Shown here: positions 37,501 through 50,049 of the stretch, piece by piece
Layout: each line of letters begins with the position of its first letter
How positions within the stretch are numbered: the stretch's first letter is position 1
From: Chiloscyllium plagiosum
Lineage: Eukaryota
Assembly: GCF_004010195.1 (NCBI RefSeq)
Contig: NC_057718.1
Span: 56,912,636-56,976,635 of the forward strand
DNA: 64,000 bases
Direction of reading: 5' to 3'
Notes under the pieces: model-generated
Database searches by the model: none
Seen by the model: the letters and a program-made list of their open reading frames with translations, nothing else
What the model was told of the DNA's origin: nothing
Made by a program: the position numbers and the translations under genes

Positions 37501-40500
37501 GGGCCTGTTTCCACACTGTAAGTAATCTAGTCTAATAATCTAATCTAAATCCTTCAGGAAGCATACCAAAAAATTGGTCTCACCCTCAACCTCAAGAAGA
37601 CTCTAATCCTTTATAAATCCATCCCAGGTCAGATTCTGGTCCATTCTCAATTAAGATTAATTGAGAAGTTCTCACACGCCTGGAACGTTTCCCCTACCTG
37701 GGAAACTACCTCTCATCTATGGTTGATAACAATGTTGAGCTTTAATTTTGCATCCAATTCACATGCCCCACATAGACGCTTAAAGACGACAGTCTTTGAT
37801 AAGCTTAACATTCATGCTGATATCAAGATCATTGCATGTAAGACGGTCATCCTTACAACTCTTCTAATTGGCTTTGGTATTTGGATTATCTACAGTTGCC
37901 ACCTCAAGGTCCTTCACAAGTACCATCAAAACTCAACATGTATTCTCCACATCAGCTGGAAGGACAGGCACATTAATAGCACCAGCATCGAGGTCATGAT
38001 CATCCAAAAGTAACTCCACAGGCCTGATTACATAATTAGGATGCCAGAGTTCTGAATGTCAAAGCAAATCATTTTCACCCAATTCAAGGAAGGTATTTGA
38101 CCACAAGGAGGAAAGAGAAAGCATTTCAAAGACTCTCTGAAGTCTTGCCTCAGGAAATGCAACATAGAATTCAATGTTTGAGAGACCATTGTCCAGAAGA
38201 AACTGACTTGGGAGGAACCTCTTATATGAAGGACATAATTCTTTCAGAACACTCATCTGTAAGAGCAAGTACAGAAAGGAATGCTCACGGCCAAAGACCA
38301 ATTCCGCCTCCCAGAAACATCAGCCAAGTATGCGTGGCCAGAGATGCAACATAAATGTTCAGGTTCATCAGCCATGCAAGGACTTACAGAAGCCATGACC
38401 AGTGCCAAGGAATTTCCTAGGTGGACAATCATACACATTAGCAAGTGATTGCTGATGATAACCTGCAATTTGGGTTTTATTTCTTTGCAGTCATCTCTTG
38501 TTTATAGTTTATATGGGATCTGCACATTCACAAACGAAGAACTGAGTGTGGCTACCAGATGCCCATTCCAAACAGAATTATTGATTCATAAATTCAATCC
38601 ATCCAAATGTTATCATGGATGTTAAAGAAAAACTGATTTTCAGCATGGTTTCACATTTGAAAATTATCATAGCCGATGTGATGAAATTATAGCCTGTGGT
38701 TCTGTTCGCCGAGCTGGGAATTTGTGTTGCTGACGTTTCATCCCCTGTCTAGGTGACATCCTCAGTGCTTGGGAGCTTCCTGTGAAGCGCTTCTGTGATC
38801 TTTCCTCCGACATTTGTGGTGGTTTGAATCTGCTGCTTCCGGTTGTCAGTTCCAGCTGTCCGCTGCAGTGGTCGGTATATTGGGTCCAGGGTTTGGGTTG
38901 AATTTGCGGTAAGACGGTTTGTTCTAATCTTTGCATTACCGCTTCTGCTTTCTGACGGCATACTCAAACTACTGGACCTGTGCCTCACAACACACTTCAC
39001 ATTCAACAATCAAATATATGAACAAATCAACGGCACACCCATGGGCTCACCCATCTCTGGACTCATAGCAGAAGTGATAATGCAAAGATTAGAACAAACA
39101 GTCTTACCGCAAATTCAACCCAAACTCTGGGTCAGATATATAGATGACACCTTTGTAATCATTAAAAACACAGATAGAGAACATGCATCGGATCATCAAC
39201 GCCACACTCACAGGTATCCGATTCACTAGAGAGGAAGGAAAGGACAACCAACTCCCATTTCTAGACGTGATGGTACAGAGAACGCCTAACGGAGAATTCA
39301 CCACAAAGGTATACAAGAAAGCCACACACACACAGACCAAGTCCTGAACTACGAAAGCAACCACCCCAACACACACAAAAGAAGTTTCATCAAGACACTA
39401 TTCAAAAGGGCCACAACATACTGCAGTACACCAGAACTGCAAAAAGAGGAAGAAGAACACCTATACAATGTATTCGCCAAAAACAGATACCCGTGCAATT
39501 TCATCAACAGATGCCTAAGGGAAAGACAACGGAACGAGGACATGCCACAACCCAAAGGACTAGCCACACTACCATACATCAAGAGCATTTCCGAACTGAC
39601 AGCCAGACTACTGCGACCACTAGGACTCATAACAGCACACATTCTCAGACAACAACTCACCAGAACGAAGGACCCGATACCCAGCATGAGCAAAACAAAT
39701 GTAGTGTACAAAATCCCCTGCAAGGACTGCACAAAACACTACATAGGACAAACAGGAAGACAGCTAACGATCCGCAATCAATAAGCACATCGACCTGGAC
39801 CCAATATACTGACCACTGCAGCGGACAGCTGGAACTGACAACCGGAAGCGGCAGATTCAAACCACTACAAATGCCGGAGGAAAGATCACAGAAGCGCTTC
39901 ACAGGAGGCTCCCAAGCACTGAGGATGTCACCTAGACAGGGGACGAAACGTCAGCAACACAAATTCCCAGCTCGGCGAACAGAACCACAACAACGAGCAC
40001 CCGAGCTACAAATCTTCTCACAAACTTTGAAAATTATAGCCTATCACGTACTACTATGAATCTAGATGTTTCACGCTGTGGTTTCCGAACCTTTCCACTT
40101 CAAAGCTTGGATTGTTAGTGAGAGAACTGGGAGGACCTCTAAAACAAGTCTTCAAATTAATAAGAGGTCTGTACAGAGTAGGTAGCGAGCATATGTTCCC
40201 ATTTGTGAAAGGATGAAGAACTAAATATTTAAGGAACTTAGCAAAAGAAGCAAAGAAGTGCAGGTTCATAGCTCCTTGAAAGTACAGTTGCAGGTAGATA
40301 CGATAGTGAAGGCCACTGTTGGAATATTGCGTGCAATTCTGGTCTCCTTCCTATCAGAAAGATGTTGTGAAACTTGAAAGGGTTCAGCAAAGATTTACAA
40401 GGATGTTGCCAAGGTTGGAGATTTTGAACTATAGGGAGAGGCTGAGCAGGTTGGGGCTGTTTTCCCTGGAGCATCGGAGGCTGAGGGGTGACCTTATAGA

Positions 40501-43500
40501 GGTTTACAAAGTTATGAGGGGCATGGATAGGATAAATAGGCAAAGTCTTTTCCCAGGGATCGGGGAGTCCAGAACTAGAGGGCATAGGTTTAGGGTAGGA
40601 GGGGAAAGATATAAAAGAGACCTAAGGGGCAACTTTTTCACACAGAGGGTGGTACGTGTATGGAATGAGCTGCCAGAGGAAGTGATGGAGGCTGGTACAA
40701 TTGCAACATTTAAAAGGCATTTGGTTGGGTACACGAATAAGGAGGGTTTGGAGGGATATGGGCCAGGTGCTGGCAGGTGGAACTAGATTGGGTTGGGATG
40801 TATGGTTGGCATGGACAGGTTGGACCGAAGGGTCTGTTTCCATGCTGTACATTTCTATGACTCTAAGTGAGAAGAGGAGTAACATTTTTACTAACTAGTT
40901 AGAGTCTGGAATGTGCTGTCACCAATTATGATAAAGACATTTTCAATTAAAAAGGAAATTAGATGGTTATTTGGAAAGGAACAATGTGCACAGTTACAGG
41001 GAGAGGCAGGAGAGTGGCATTAAATGAGTTTTTTTTGGAAAGTCAGCGCAGATATGATGGGCTAAGTGGCCTTCATCAGCAACTGCAATATTCAATGATC
41101 CTATTTTGTGACACTGGCAGCATAGATGAAACACCCACGATTTTCAAAGTGACACGAGTTTGGAGTTTTTGCTTCTGTCTGATGAAGATTCACTGGAAGA
41201 TGGTCATTTTGGAATTGAGATCCTTTGATAGCTTCTGAGTCAACTTAGAGTGAGGCAAGTGTGTAGTATTAATTGGGGATTTTAACTTTAACATAGATTG
41301 GGAGAGACAAGTCAAAAAAGTAGTGAAATTCTGCACGGTGTCCTTGATCGTTTCCGAAAGCAATGTGACCTGCATGCAACAAGTAACATCGGACTTAGTA
41401 ATGAGAAGATATAATTAGTAACCTAACTGTGCATGAACATTTATCAAATAGTGATCCTAACGCAATCAAGTTCAATATAGTGTTTGAAAGTGAAATGCAT
41501 GAATGTCTGTAGGTTGACTTTGACAAGATGAGACAGTAAATTCAGAAAATCTGCCAAATGTGTTAAACAACTGAAGAAAAATGAAGGCTGCTGAAAGAAA
41601 CATTTAACACAATAGAAAACTAGTGCCTTTCAACACACACACAACCCTATGGAAAATTGCACATCACTGTTATTTAAGAGGGACAAAAGAAGAAATCAGG
41701 GGTTTACAGACCAGTTGGCTTACATTCTGTGGTGGGAAAACTATTGGAATCCATAAATCAAGGCTGGGGTAAATAAACACCTTGAACACTTTCAGTTTAT
41801 CAGGGAAAGCCAGCATGGATTAATGACAGGTGGGTAATGCCTAACAAATCTTTCTGAATTTTTTGAAGAAGTGATTAAAACAGTGGATAGGTGAATGTCT
41901 ATGGATATTGTTTATACAGATATCAAGAGACATTTGATAAAGTATCACATAAGGGACTGTTGACTATGGTATAAGCCCACAGAATTGTGACGGACATGGC
42001 TAGAAAATTGGTTGAGTGGCAGGTGACAGAAAGCAGGGATAATAAACAGATATTCAAATCTGCAGAATGTGGCCAGTGGTGTTCCACAAGATCTGAGGTA
42101 GGGCCTCAATTATTCCATAAGACCATAAGACATAGGAGCGGAAGTAAGGCCTTTCGGCCCATCGAGTCTACTCTACCATACAATAATGGCTGATGGGCAT
42201 TTCAACTCCACTTACCCGCCTTCTCCCCGTAGCCCTTAATTCCTTGTGACATCAAGAATTTATTTATTCACATTATTTATTAATGACTTGGACAACAGCA
42301 TGGAAAGTCATATATACAAATTTGCTGATGACACAAAGTTAGGTGGCATTGTAGACAGTGAGATGATAGCATAAAATCATGAAGGCATATTGATAGACTA
42401 AGTGAATGGCAAAACTGAGGTAGATGGAATTCAATGTAAGCAAGTGTGAGGTTATCCATTTGGACTGAAAAATGTTAGATCAAGATTCTTTCTAGATGGT
42501 ATGAAGTTAAATGCAGTGAATGTTCAAAGAGACTTGAGGGCTCAGGCACATAGATTTTTAAAATGTCACAGACAGATGCAGAGAATAATCAAGAAATCTA
42601 ATGGAACACTATTCTTTAAATACTGAGGTCTGGAGCACAAGCATGCAAATGTTGTGCTGCATTAATACAAAACTCCAGACCTTGGCACCACACCTTAGGA
42701 GCAATATGTTGTCATTGGAGGCAGTACAATGTAAATTTACAAGATTGATACATGGACTTTAGAGATTAAGTTCGGAGGAGACATTATATAAACTAGGCCT
42801 GTTTTCTCTGAAATTTAGAGAGTTAAGGGTGACTTGCTCAAAGCCTTCAAGATATTTACAGAAAAAGACAGGGTTGACAAAGATAAACTATTTCCACTGC
42901 TTGTGGATTCTAGAACTAGCACAGAATAACACAACCCTACAGTCAGGAATGAAGGCCATTCAGCCCTTTGGGTCCATACTGACCCTCTGAAGACCCTCTA
43001 ACTTCCCATCCTATATGACTGCATTTCCCATTGCCAATCCACCTAGCCTGCACGTTTGAATTGTGGGCAGAAACCGGAGTACCCAGAAGAAACCCACACA
43101 GAATGGGAGAGAATGTACAAACTCTACATAGACAGTCACCAGAGGGTAGAATCGTCCCTGATGCTGAGGCAGCAAAGCTACTGTGCTGACCAACTATAAG
43201 GCATGGTCTGAGAATTAGGACCAGACCATTAAGGAGCGAAGTTAGGAAGCATTTTTACACAAAAAGGGTGGTAGATTGAGTCAGAGAGATACAGGATCAA
43301 AACAGACCCCTCTGTCCAACTCATCCATGTCAACAGATATCCTAAATAAATCTAGTCCAACTTGCCAGAATTTGGCCCACGTCCCTCTGAACACTTCCTA
43401 TTCATATACCCATCCAAATGCCTTGCAAATATTGTAACTGTACCAACCTCCATCACTTCCTCTAGCAACTCATTCCATACACACACTACCTTCTGCATGA

Positions 43501-45763
43501 AATAGTTGCCACCTAGGTTCCTTTTACATCTTTCCCCTCTCACCCCAAACCTATATCCTCCAGGTCTTGGACTCCCCTACTCTGAGGAAAAGACCTTGAC
43601 TATTCATCTATCCATGCCTTATGATTTTATAAACCTCTATAAAGGTCTCCCTTCAGCCTCCAACGTTCCAAGGAAAATAGCCCTAGCCTATTCAGCCTCT
43701 CCCTATAGCTCAAACCCTCCAAGCCTGGCAACATCTTTTCTGAACGCTCTCAAGTTTCATAACACCTTTCCTAGAGCAGGGAGACCAGAATTGAATACAG
43801 TGTTCCAAAAGTGGCCTAATCAATGTCCTGTACAGTCACATGACCTCCCAACACCTATATTCAATGCACTGACCAATAAGGCAAGAATACCACATTCTTC
43901 ATTATTTGTGACTCCACTTTCAAGGAACTATGAACCTGCATCCCAAGGTCTCTTTGTTCGGCAACACTCCCCAGGACCTTACCATTAAGTGCAGAATTCA
44001 TGCCTGATTTGCCCCACCAAAATGTTTGCATCATTGTTCCACAAACAGCAGCAGATGCAGGATCAGTTGTTAATTTTAAGCCTGGGATGGATATAATTTT
44101 GTTAAACAAAATGTTTTAAAGATATGGGCCAAGACAGATACATGGAGTAAGGCTACAGATCAGTTGTGATCTCACTGAATGGTAGCACAGAATTGGGGGT
44201 GCTGAATGGTCTACTCCTGCGCCTACACAAAAAGGTACGAAAGGATACAGAGATAGGTTGTTTAAATAGAGAGCGAAGGTGCAAATTAGACATAATCTAA
44301 AAGAAAGATAGAGGAGGTTTAAGGAGCTAAAGGCATGTTCTTAATTATGAAATTTACAACCAAGATCATGATATATTCACTTCTATTCCTCTTAAAAGGG
44401 AAACACTCACTACCAAAGGTGAGATTAAAATGAATAGATTTACTTATAAGTGAGCATACAGCTAATACTAAAACAATACTAAAAATACTAAAACAGCAAC
44501 ATGCAGAATACAGATGTAGGTTTGCTTGCTGAGCAGGAAGATTATATCGTTTGCAGAATATCTCACTTAAGTAAAACAAAGAACAAGTAAGTTCACATGG
44601 TGTGAAATGCTCACTGAAAATAATTATTCAATGCTGTACAGGACATTGGTTAGGCCATTGTTAGAATATTGTGTGCAATTCTGGTCTCCTTCCTTTTGGA
44701 ACGATGTTGTGAAACTTGAAAGAGTTCAGAAAAGATTTACAAGGATGTTGCCAGGGTTGGAGGATTTGAGCTATAGGGAGAGGCTGAACAGGCTGGGGCT
44801 GGTTTCCTGGAGCGTCGGAGGCTGACGGGTGACCTTATAGAGGTTTACAAAATTATGAGGGGCATGGATAGGATAAATAGACAAAGTCTTTTCCCTGGGG
44901 TCAGGGAGTCCAGAACTAGAGGGCATAGGTTTAGGGTGAGAGGGGAAAGATATAAAAGGGGCCTAAGAGGCAACTTTTTCACACAGAGGGTGGTACATAT
45001 ATGGAATTAGCTGCCAGAGGAAGTGATGGAGACTGGTACAATTGCAACAATTAAGAGGCAGTTAGATGGGTATATAAATAGGAGGGGTTTGGAGGGATAT
45101 GGGCCGGATGCTGGCAAGTGGGACTAGATTGGGTTGGGATATCTGGTCGGCATGGACGAGTTGACCGAAGGGTCTGTTTCCATGCTGTACATCTCAATGA
45201 CTCTATAATGCCGAATTGAAGTTTTGTGTCAATGACACTTGTAAACTTCCATGATATAATGTTATATTTGGATGACTTTAATTACAAAGATTCTGCAGAA
45301 CTAAATCCAACAAATCAATCTTAGGAATTCTTTAACATCACAGGAATGCTTGCAGATCTACAAACAACTAGAAAGCACTACAGAACTCACACCTGGTAGG
45401 GAAAGAAGGAGTTGGATGTAATTATACTTACACAAAAAAAAACTCTTAATTTATTCAGCCAGTTTGACTATGTATACATGGCTGCTCACACAAACGAAGA
45501 CGACTCATACAGAATAGATATCTGGTTGCCAGTTGATTCTACAACCAGTTAAAAATATTAATACATACCACAGAAATTCAGAGTTCTGTCCAGATTTTTA
45601 GCTGGTTGAAGTTAAATCTTTATTTTTTTTTAAAAATCCTTCATCATATAACATTACAAATTAAACAATTGTATTACAATCATATGAACTTACCTGTGAG
45701 AGGGGTTCGGCCCAGGACAAGGACATTCGGTAGAGACATCATAATTAACTGCTGTAAAGTCTC
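28389..45763 (-). CDS. CCDC88A: Girdin (coiled-coil domain-containing 88A), partial: four internal coding exons, join(complement 45694-45763, 36266-36324, 29881-29964, 28389-28532)
   Basis: Spliced 357 nt translate without stops to [119 protein letters not shown], matching recalled human Girdin ([58 protein letters not shown]). [13 protein letters not shown] and DFDTKAAVA favour CCDC88A over CCDC88C. All junctions are GT-AG and phase-compatible. Confidence 0.93.
28745..29270. mobile_element. pogo/Tigger-like non-autonomous DNA transposon
   Basis: cagtcattcct ... aggaatgactg|TA inverted termini. Confidence 0.65.
29881..29964 (-). CDS. CCDC88A: CCDC88A internal exon (approx. human exon 6), 84 bp
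   Basis: TTTGTTCCAG|TGC GAA CGA...[40 protein letters not shown]. Confidence 0.95.
30507..32903 (-). mobile_element. pogo/Tigger DNA transposon (DDE transposase remnant) with a CR1 inserted
   Basis: TA|cagtttgttctgctgtaac ... gttacagcagaacaacttg|TA; ORF 31352..31633 [40 protein letters not shown]. Confidence 0.9.
31797..32840 (+). mobile_element. 5'-truncated CR1 LINE
   Basis: gtgaccagtggagtgccacaaggg (VTSGVPQG), aagtttgcagatgacacc (KFADDT), ORF2 end, (ctatga)n tail. Confidence 0.92.
33370..34020 (+). mobile_element. Old non-LTR LINE 3' fragment (CR1/L2-group; clade uncertain)
   Basis: accattgaccaaaaaatgaatt, tacaaggctcaagtg..ctctccacttgcttgg; tail gcagctcaagaaagcagatcaccaccactttctcaagggcaattaggga. 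Confidence 0.65.
34040..35250. mobile_element. Old CR1 fragments (plus 34040-34830, minus ~34840-35250)
   Basis: aaatgtgaagtcgtgaattttggaagg, gaatgtggaactcactacc; minus-strand [20 protein letters not shown] in ORF 35115..35519. Confidence 0.65.
36266..36324 (-). CDS. CCDC88A: CCDC88A internal exon (approx. human exon 5), 59 bp
   Basis: TTTGTTTCAG|AG CAA GGT...GTT CAG|GTTGGT; (E)[19 protein letters not shown], visible inside ORF 36164..36358. Confidence 0.95.
37110..38455 (+). mobile_element. RTE-clade LINE 3' remnant with a nested HE1 SINE
   Basis: LLVELQYV (YADD region, ~37277); ORF 37723 [46 protein letters not shown], resembling RTE TLLYGSETW..HQRCLR.IL.ISW.D. Confidence 0.75.
37355..37548 (+). 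mobile_element. 5'-truncated HE1-type SINE
   Basis: ccggtttcctcacacagtcccaaaatgtgcaggtcaggtgaattggcc..gggccgaagggcctgtttcc; flanked by taaatcc on both sides. Confidence 0.9.
38696..40030 (+). mobile_element. Young Penelope-like element, 5'-truncated, with an inverted 3' copy at its left end
   Basis: [77 protein letters not shown]; inverted pLTR 38696-38890; 12-bp TSD aaattatagcct at 38684-38695 and 40031-40042. Confidence 0.92.
39915..39956 (+). ncRNA. Hammerhead-like core in PLE pLTR (mirror copy on minus strand 38728-38770; related copy 5155-5194)
   Basis: gcaCTGAGGAtgtcacctagacaggggacGAAACGTC. Confidence 0.55.
40258..40866 (+). mobile_element. Young CR1 3' fragment nested in an older CR1 (~40060-41100)
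   Basis: ORF 40319..40786 [34 protein letters not shown]; tctatgactcta tail. Confidence 0.92.
41130..44230 (+). mobile_element. Older long CR1 ORF2 remnant with nested minus-strand insertions (CR1 tail ~42116-42265, SINE ~42920-43195, CR1 ~43275-43990)
   Basis: tacagaccagttggcttacattctgtggtggg (YRPVSLT), gccagcatggat (SQHGF), agtggtgttccacaa (SGVPQ), aaatttgctgatgacaca (KFADDT). Confidence 0.8.
43275..43990 (-). mobile_element. CR1 3' fragment
   Basis: ORFs 43352..43543 and 43861..44109 ([28 protein letters not shown]). Confidence 0.88.
44630..45206 (+). mobile_element. Young CR1 3' fragment
   Basis: [20 protein letters not shown]..; tail gaccgaagggtctgtttccatgctgtacatctcaatgactcta. Confidence 0.92.
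45694..45763 (-). CDS. CCDC88A: CCDC88A internal exon (approx. human exon 4), 70 bp
   Basis: Minus strand TCTACAG|GAG ACT TTA CAG CAG...[36 protein letters not shown]; phase 0 start, phase 1 end. Confidence 0.95.
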
Positions 45764-48700
45764 CTGTAGATTTTAAGAAAAGCTTTAATCCACACAATAC
45801 TTAGAAAAGAGACATTTAAAAAAAAAATACAAGTACTAGAAATCCCGAGTATTATGTTTCTTTTCCTAAACTAAATTGCCAAAAAATGTTGGTACTTATA
45901 AAAGCTATTGGAAGTCTGCGCCGAAACATCCCATCCGGGTTGACAAATCCAACTGATTACTATGAAGACAGATAAATGAAAAATCTATTAAAACTAAAAT
46001 ATTTCAACAATAAAAAATACAGGTACTTTTTGCAAATTATAATAAAAGTCCTTACAAAAAGAACTAAAACCTACTAGGCTACATATTGTACCAAAGACTA
46101 GCATAGACTAGCTATTTTTCATACCTCAAATCATACTCAATTTTTATACACAATATCCAATAACCTATTTGGAAACAATAGTTTTAAATGACAACCTATG
46201 CTCCACTACTAAGCTACAGTACACAAGATGTTGGGTTCCAAACAACAGCACATTTAATGTCCTCCAAACAGTGAGCACGTGTCGCTGCACAAATGAATAC
46301 CAACCATTAGACAAAAGTCAAGATGTAGTTTTACTACCAATAAAAAAAGCAATACATATCGAAACAGATCAAAGATCTTCACACAATTTTACTGCAACCT
46401 TGCATGCAATGTAAGGCTTAGAGAAGAGAACTCTTTAATGCAAATAGGTGACCAAGCAGAAAGAGAAAAATGAGGACCAAGACAGGAAGGCTTATATCAA
46501 CTAGCTGCTCAGAGTAACATGGGCCGACTGCTTGGGAAGGTGCCAGCTAGAGAAGTGGAAGCTACAATACTAAATTTTGAAGGAACAAAAATTAAGAAAT
46601 ATTATTCTTAAACCTCAGAACAAAATACTTAATCAGCTCAATTACTTTTGGATGAGACTTTGAACGCAAGCTCCATGTATCCCACAGACCTACTTAAAAG
46701 GCATTTCCCCTCAGCCAACACCACAATCGTCATTCATCTTAATGCTTCTTACGGAGTATAAATTAATTCCCATGATTTCCTACATTAGTGATCAGACTTT
46801 CCAAATACTGAAGTAGTTGGTGAAGCACTTTGAGATTGTTAAGTAACATATTATGCAAGCTCTTTGTTTGTTTTGAATTTTAGTGACTTCAGTTATGCAA
46901 AACTGAACACAAGAAAAATCGCAGCGCATTGAAGTGATTTTGGGAAGAAACTGCCTTTTTTAACTGAAAAAAGCAGGCTTTTAATTGTTCATGGTCACAT
47001 GTTTACAGTTTAGTACCTAACATATGTCATCACAATATGATTTTCTTAAGTGTTTTAGGACAAACTGATATCAGAAGAGATGCTCGGCAAACAAATTTTT
47101 TTAAATTTTAAATTATAATGCACAATAACCAACATATCAGCATTTTGAGTCAGGTGTAGATAGCCTTGAGGCATCTTTCAACTCTAGAAAAATCACTACT
47201 TTTCTACTTAAACCAATAAAGTACAATTAACAGAAAGCAGCCAATATAAAAAAAAGTGTGTTCTGCTTAAAATATTCGAAGCCTTCAGATAAAAAGCTTG
47301 CTGTAAAACAAAAGGTTCCTTTTCAAGATTAAACATAGTTCTATCAATTCAAGTGTGTATATTTCACAGTCAATTACTTGTTTTGACAAAAAATTATAAA
47401 AACCCTGTGCTTAACAAGTGTTCAAGGCTGGAAAATGCACCAGCAAGTACTATCAGCTCAGCATTAAGTCTCTGTTCTGTTGAAAATGCTTATTTAATCC
47501 AAGCTCATAATAGCACCCATTATAGCAGCAAATTTGAAACTATATTGAACCTGGGTCTAACATTGCAGCTGAGGACTTTATACATACAAGTAGAACAAAA
47601 TTTTTACTCTATGTAAGGTAACTTATGCCTATGGAGCAACGGTAATGCTACACACAGAAAATGATTATAACTGATGACTTGATAAAATGAAACTCAGCCA
47701 AAATACTTTCAAAATTAAACTTGCCATAAGAGATATGAAATTCAACTTAAATTAAAACAAAAACATTAACAAAGTCTAATAACTCGCATTCAGTATTGTA
47801 GGACAGCAATCATTGCACAATATGGGAGAGTTTTATATTGAATTGATTAGGTTAACTAGATTACCATTACTGAACAAATCTGTTTTCCATTTTTTAAAAA
47901 TTAAAAATCTGACAGAGAACGTCAAGTAATGGACAGGTATCCTTGCAGTGCATCAAGTCCATTTGGAACTGGAGTGATTCCCCATATACACGGCACAAAA
48001 TGATTTTAGTTCTTGAGATAAAAGATCGGTTGCTGACTCATTATCTCACCTTGCAATTTTAATAGTAAATTTGAGTACAAGCACAATTCAGAACGTTCAT
48101 TGTCGGAATGACTGGCAGCATTAACCAATTAACTGATCAATGACATAAAAATAAAATCAGGAAAAGCACCATTTGTGAAAATGTGAACTACACAGAATTC
48201 TAAGAAAATGCCTTGAACTTCTATGGTTTAATTTTACTGACATTCTGCAGGGAGCTGAATGAATATAAATGATATACCACCCTCTCATTTACCAAGCTGC
48301 TTTTGTTTTCCAGCAATTTTCCTTCAATAGAAAATTATATACCCATCATCATTATTCAACAAACTTCTTCCACCCAATAATCTCCACTATCTGATGCCAC
48401 TAATCTAACGGGTTTCTCCATGTTCTTTAAGCAGTTTCAATCTAATAGAAACACCATTGTTCATGTAACATCAGGTTGCCAGCATCATCATACACGCAAA
48501 ATAGCTAAGCCTGTAGTAGATAGGCTGCTAAAATACCACATACTGAGATCTTAGAACAACTGCAGAAAAAGACAAATACTACAATTAAGATTTAGAGGTA
48601 TATTAAAGCAGAAAAGTCAGACATGGTTTTGTTTTGTTTAGCAGTACAAGAAACTTAATGGCTTTATTTCTATCATTATCATTGCTCCATTTTCAGTGAT

Positions 48701-49419
48701 AAAGCTCCAAACACAATACTCACTTCCTTCCAATGTTGGGATTTTCAACTTTAAAAGAGAAAGTACATAGGCTTTGATCTGTAAAACTTTTAATAACATC
48801 ATTGGAATAAATCAATTACCTTAACATAATAAAACTTCAAATGAGTTGAGGGGAGAACAAAATCTAAAATTTGAAATGAACTTCAGTACTAGGCTATTTT
48901 AATTTCTTCTTCTCAAGTTCAATGCCCAAAAGTAGGTCTAACTCATGTAAGACAAGGAGGCAGGTTCCAAGTCCTCTCAGCTTCAATGTGGATTAAACCT
49001 GTTGACAGAAATCTGAACCATATCAGCCAACTGAGCCAACTAGCCCAAGGAGTCAGGCATGTTGTGACAACATTTTTGGATGTTCTCGTACAGTGCCATG
49101 AATTTGGATAAACCCTCTAAGTCCAGCACATGGCTGACAAGGAATTTCTCACATTCTATCACCTGCATATGTTTCAAGGAATTAGTTTGTGAGAACTCCT
49201 TCCTTGGTCATTAAGTCCTGGAATGGGACTTGAACTCAAGAGTGACTGGCTCAGAGGCAAGGAAGTTACTCATTGTCCCATACTGCCTGTATTTTAATTC
49301 CGGAGATTCGTTTACATTCATTGGTCAGCTCTCAGCCTATAAAGAATGGCAAACAACATTTCATTGAAGCTTTTTTCCCACCCAATTTCTATTGAACAAA
49401 AAGACTTGAGGTTTGCCCC

Positions 49420-49892
49420 TATATTAGAGGGATATAGGCCAAGTGGGACCAGCTTAAGTTAGGGTATCTGGTTGGCATGGGGTTGTGGGGGAGGCGGGGG
49501 GGGGGAGAATGACCTTATAGAGGTTTATAAAATCATGAGGCATGGATAGGATAAATAGACAAGGTCTTTTCCCTCGGGTGGGGAATCCAGAACTAGAAGG
49601 TGTAGGTTTCGGGTGAGGGGGCAAAGATTTAAAAGGGACCTAAGGGGCAACTTTTACACGCAAAGGGCGGTGCATGTATGGAATGAGCTACCAGAGGAAG
49701 TGATGGAGGCTGGTACAATTACAACATATAAAAGGCATCGGTATGGATATATGAATAGGAAGTGTTTAGAGGGATATGGGCAAAATGCTGGCAAATGGGA
49801 CTTAGGTTAGGACGTGACATCTGGTCAGCATGGATGAGTTGGATCAAAGGGTCTGCTTCCGTGCTGTTATCTCTATAACTATGACTCCATGA
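49420..49892 (+). mobile_element. CR1 3' fragments
   Basis: ORF 49613..49810 [22 protein letters not shown]. Confidence 0.85.
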
Positions 49893-50049
49893 TATTGTTG
49901 TCAATAACGGGAGTAGAAAAATAAAGCTATGGACATTTACAATTTAAAGCGAAGCAGCAGAAGTTTGATTATACCAGTGAAAGCATTGTGTGTGGTTTAA
50001 GGACCTCCATTATTCAAAGGACATTGAGAATTAACCATTATACTGCAAA

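Noticed and set aside
48724..48778. AG..GT-bounded 55-bp segment beginning IKAY, like the end of the upstream Girdin exon
   Set aside because: The rest (VLSLLKLKIPTLEG) is unrelated to Girdin and the length shifts frame; likely chance splice-like motifs.
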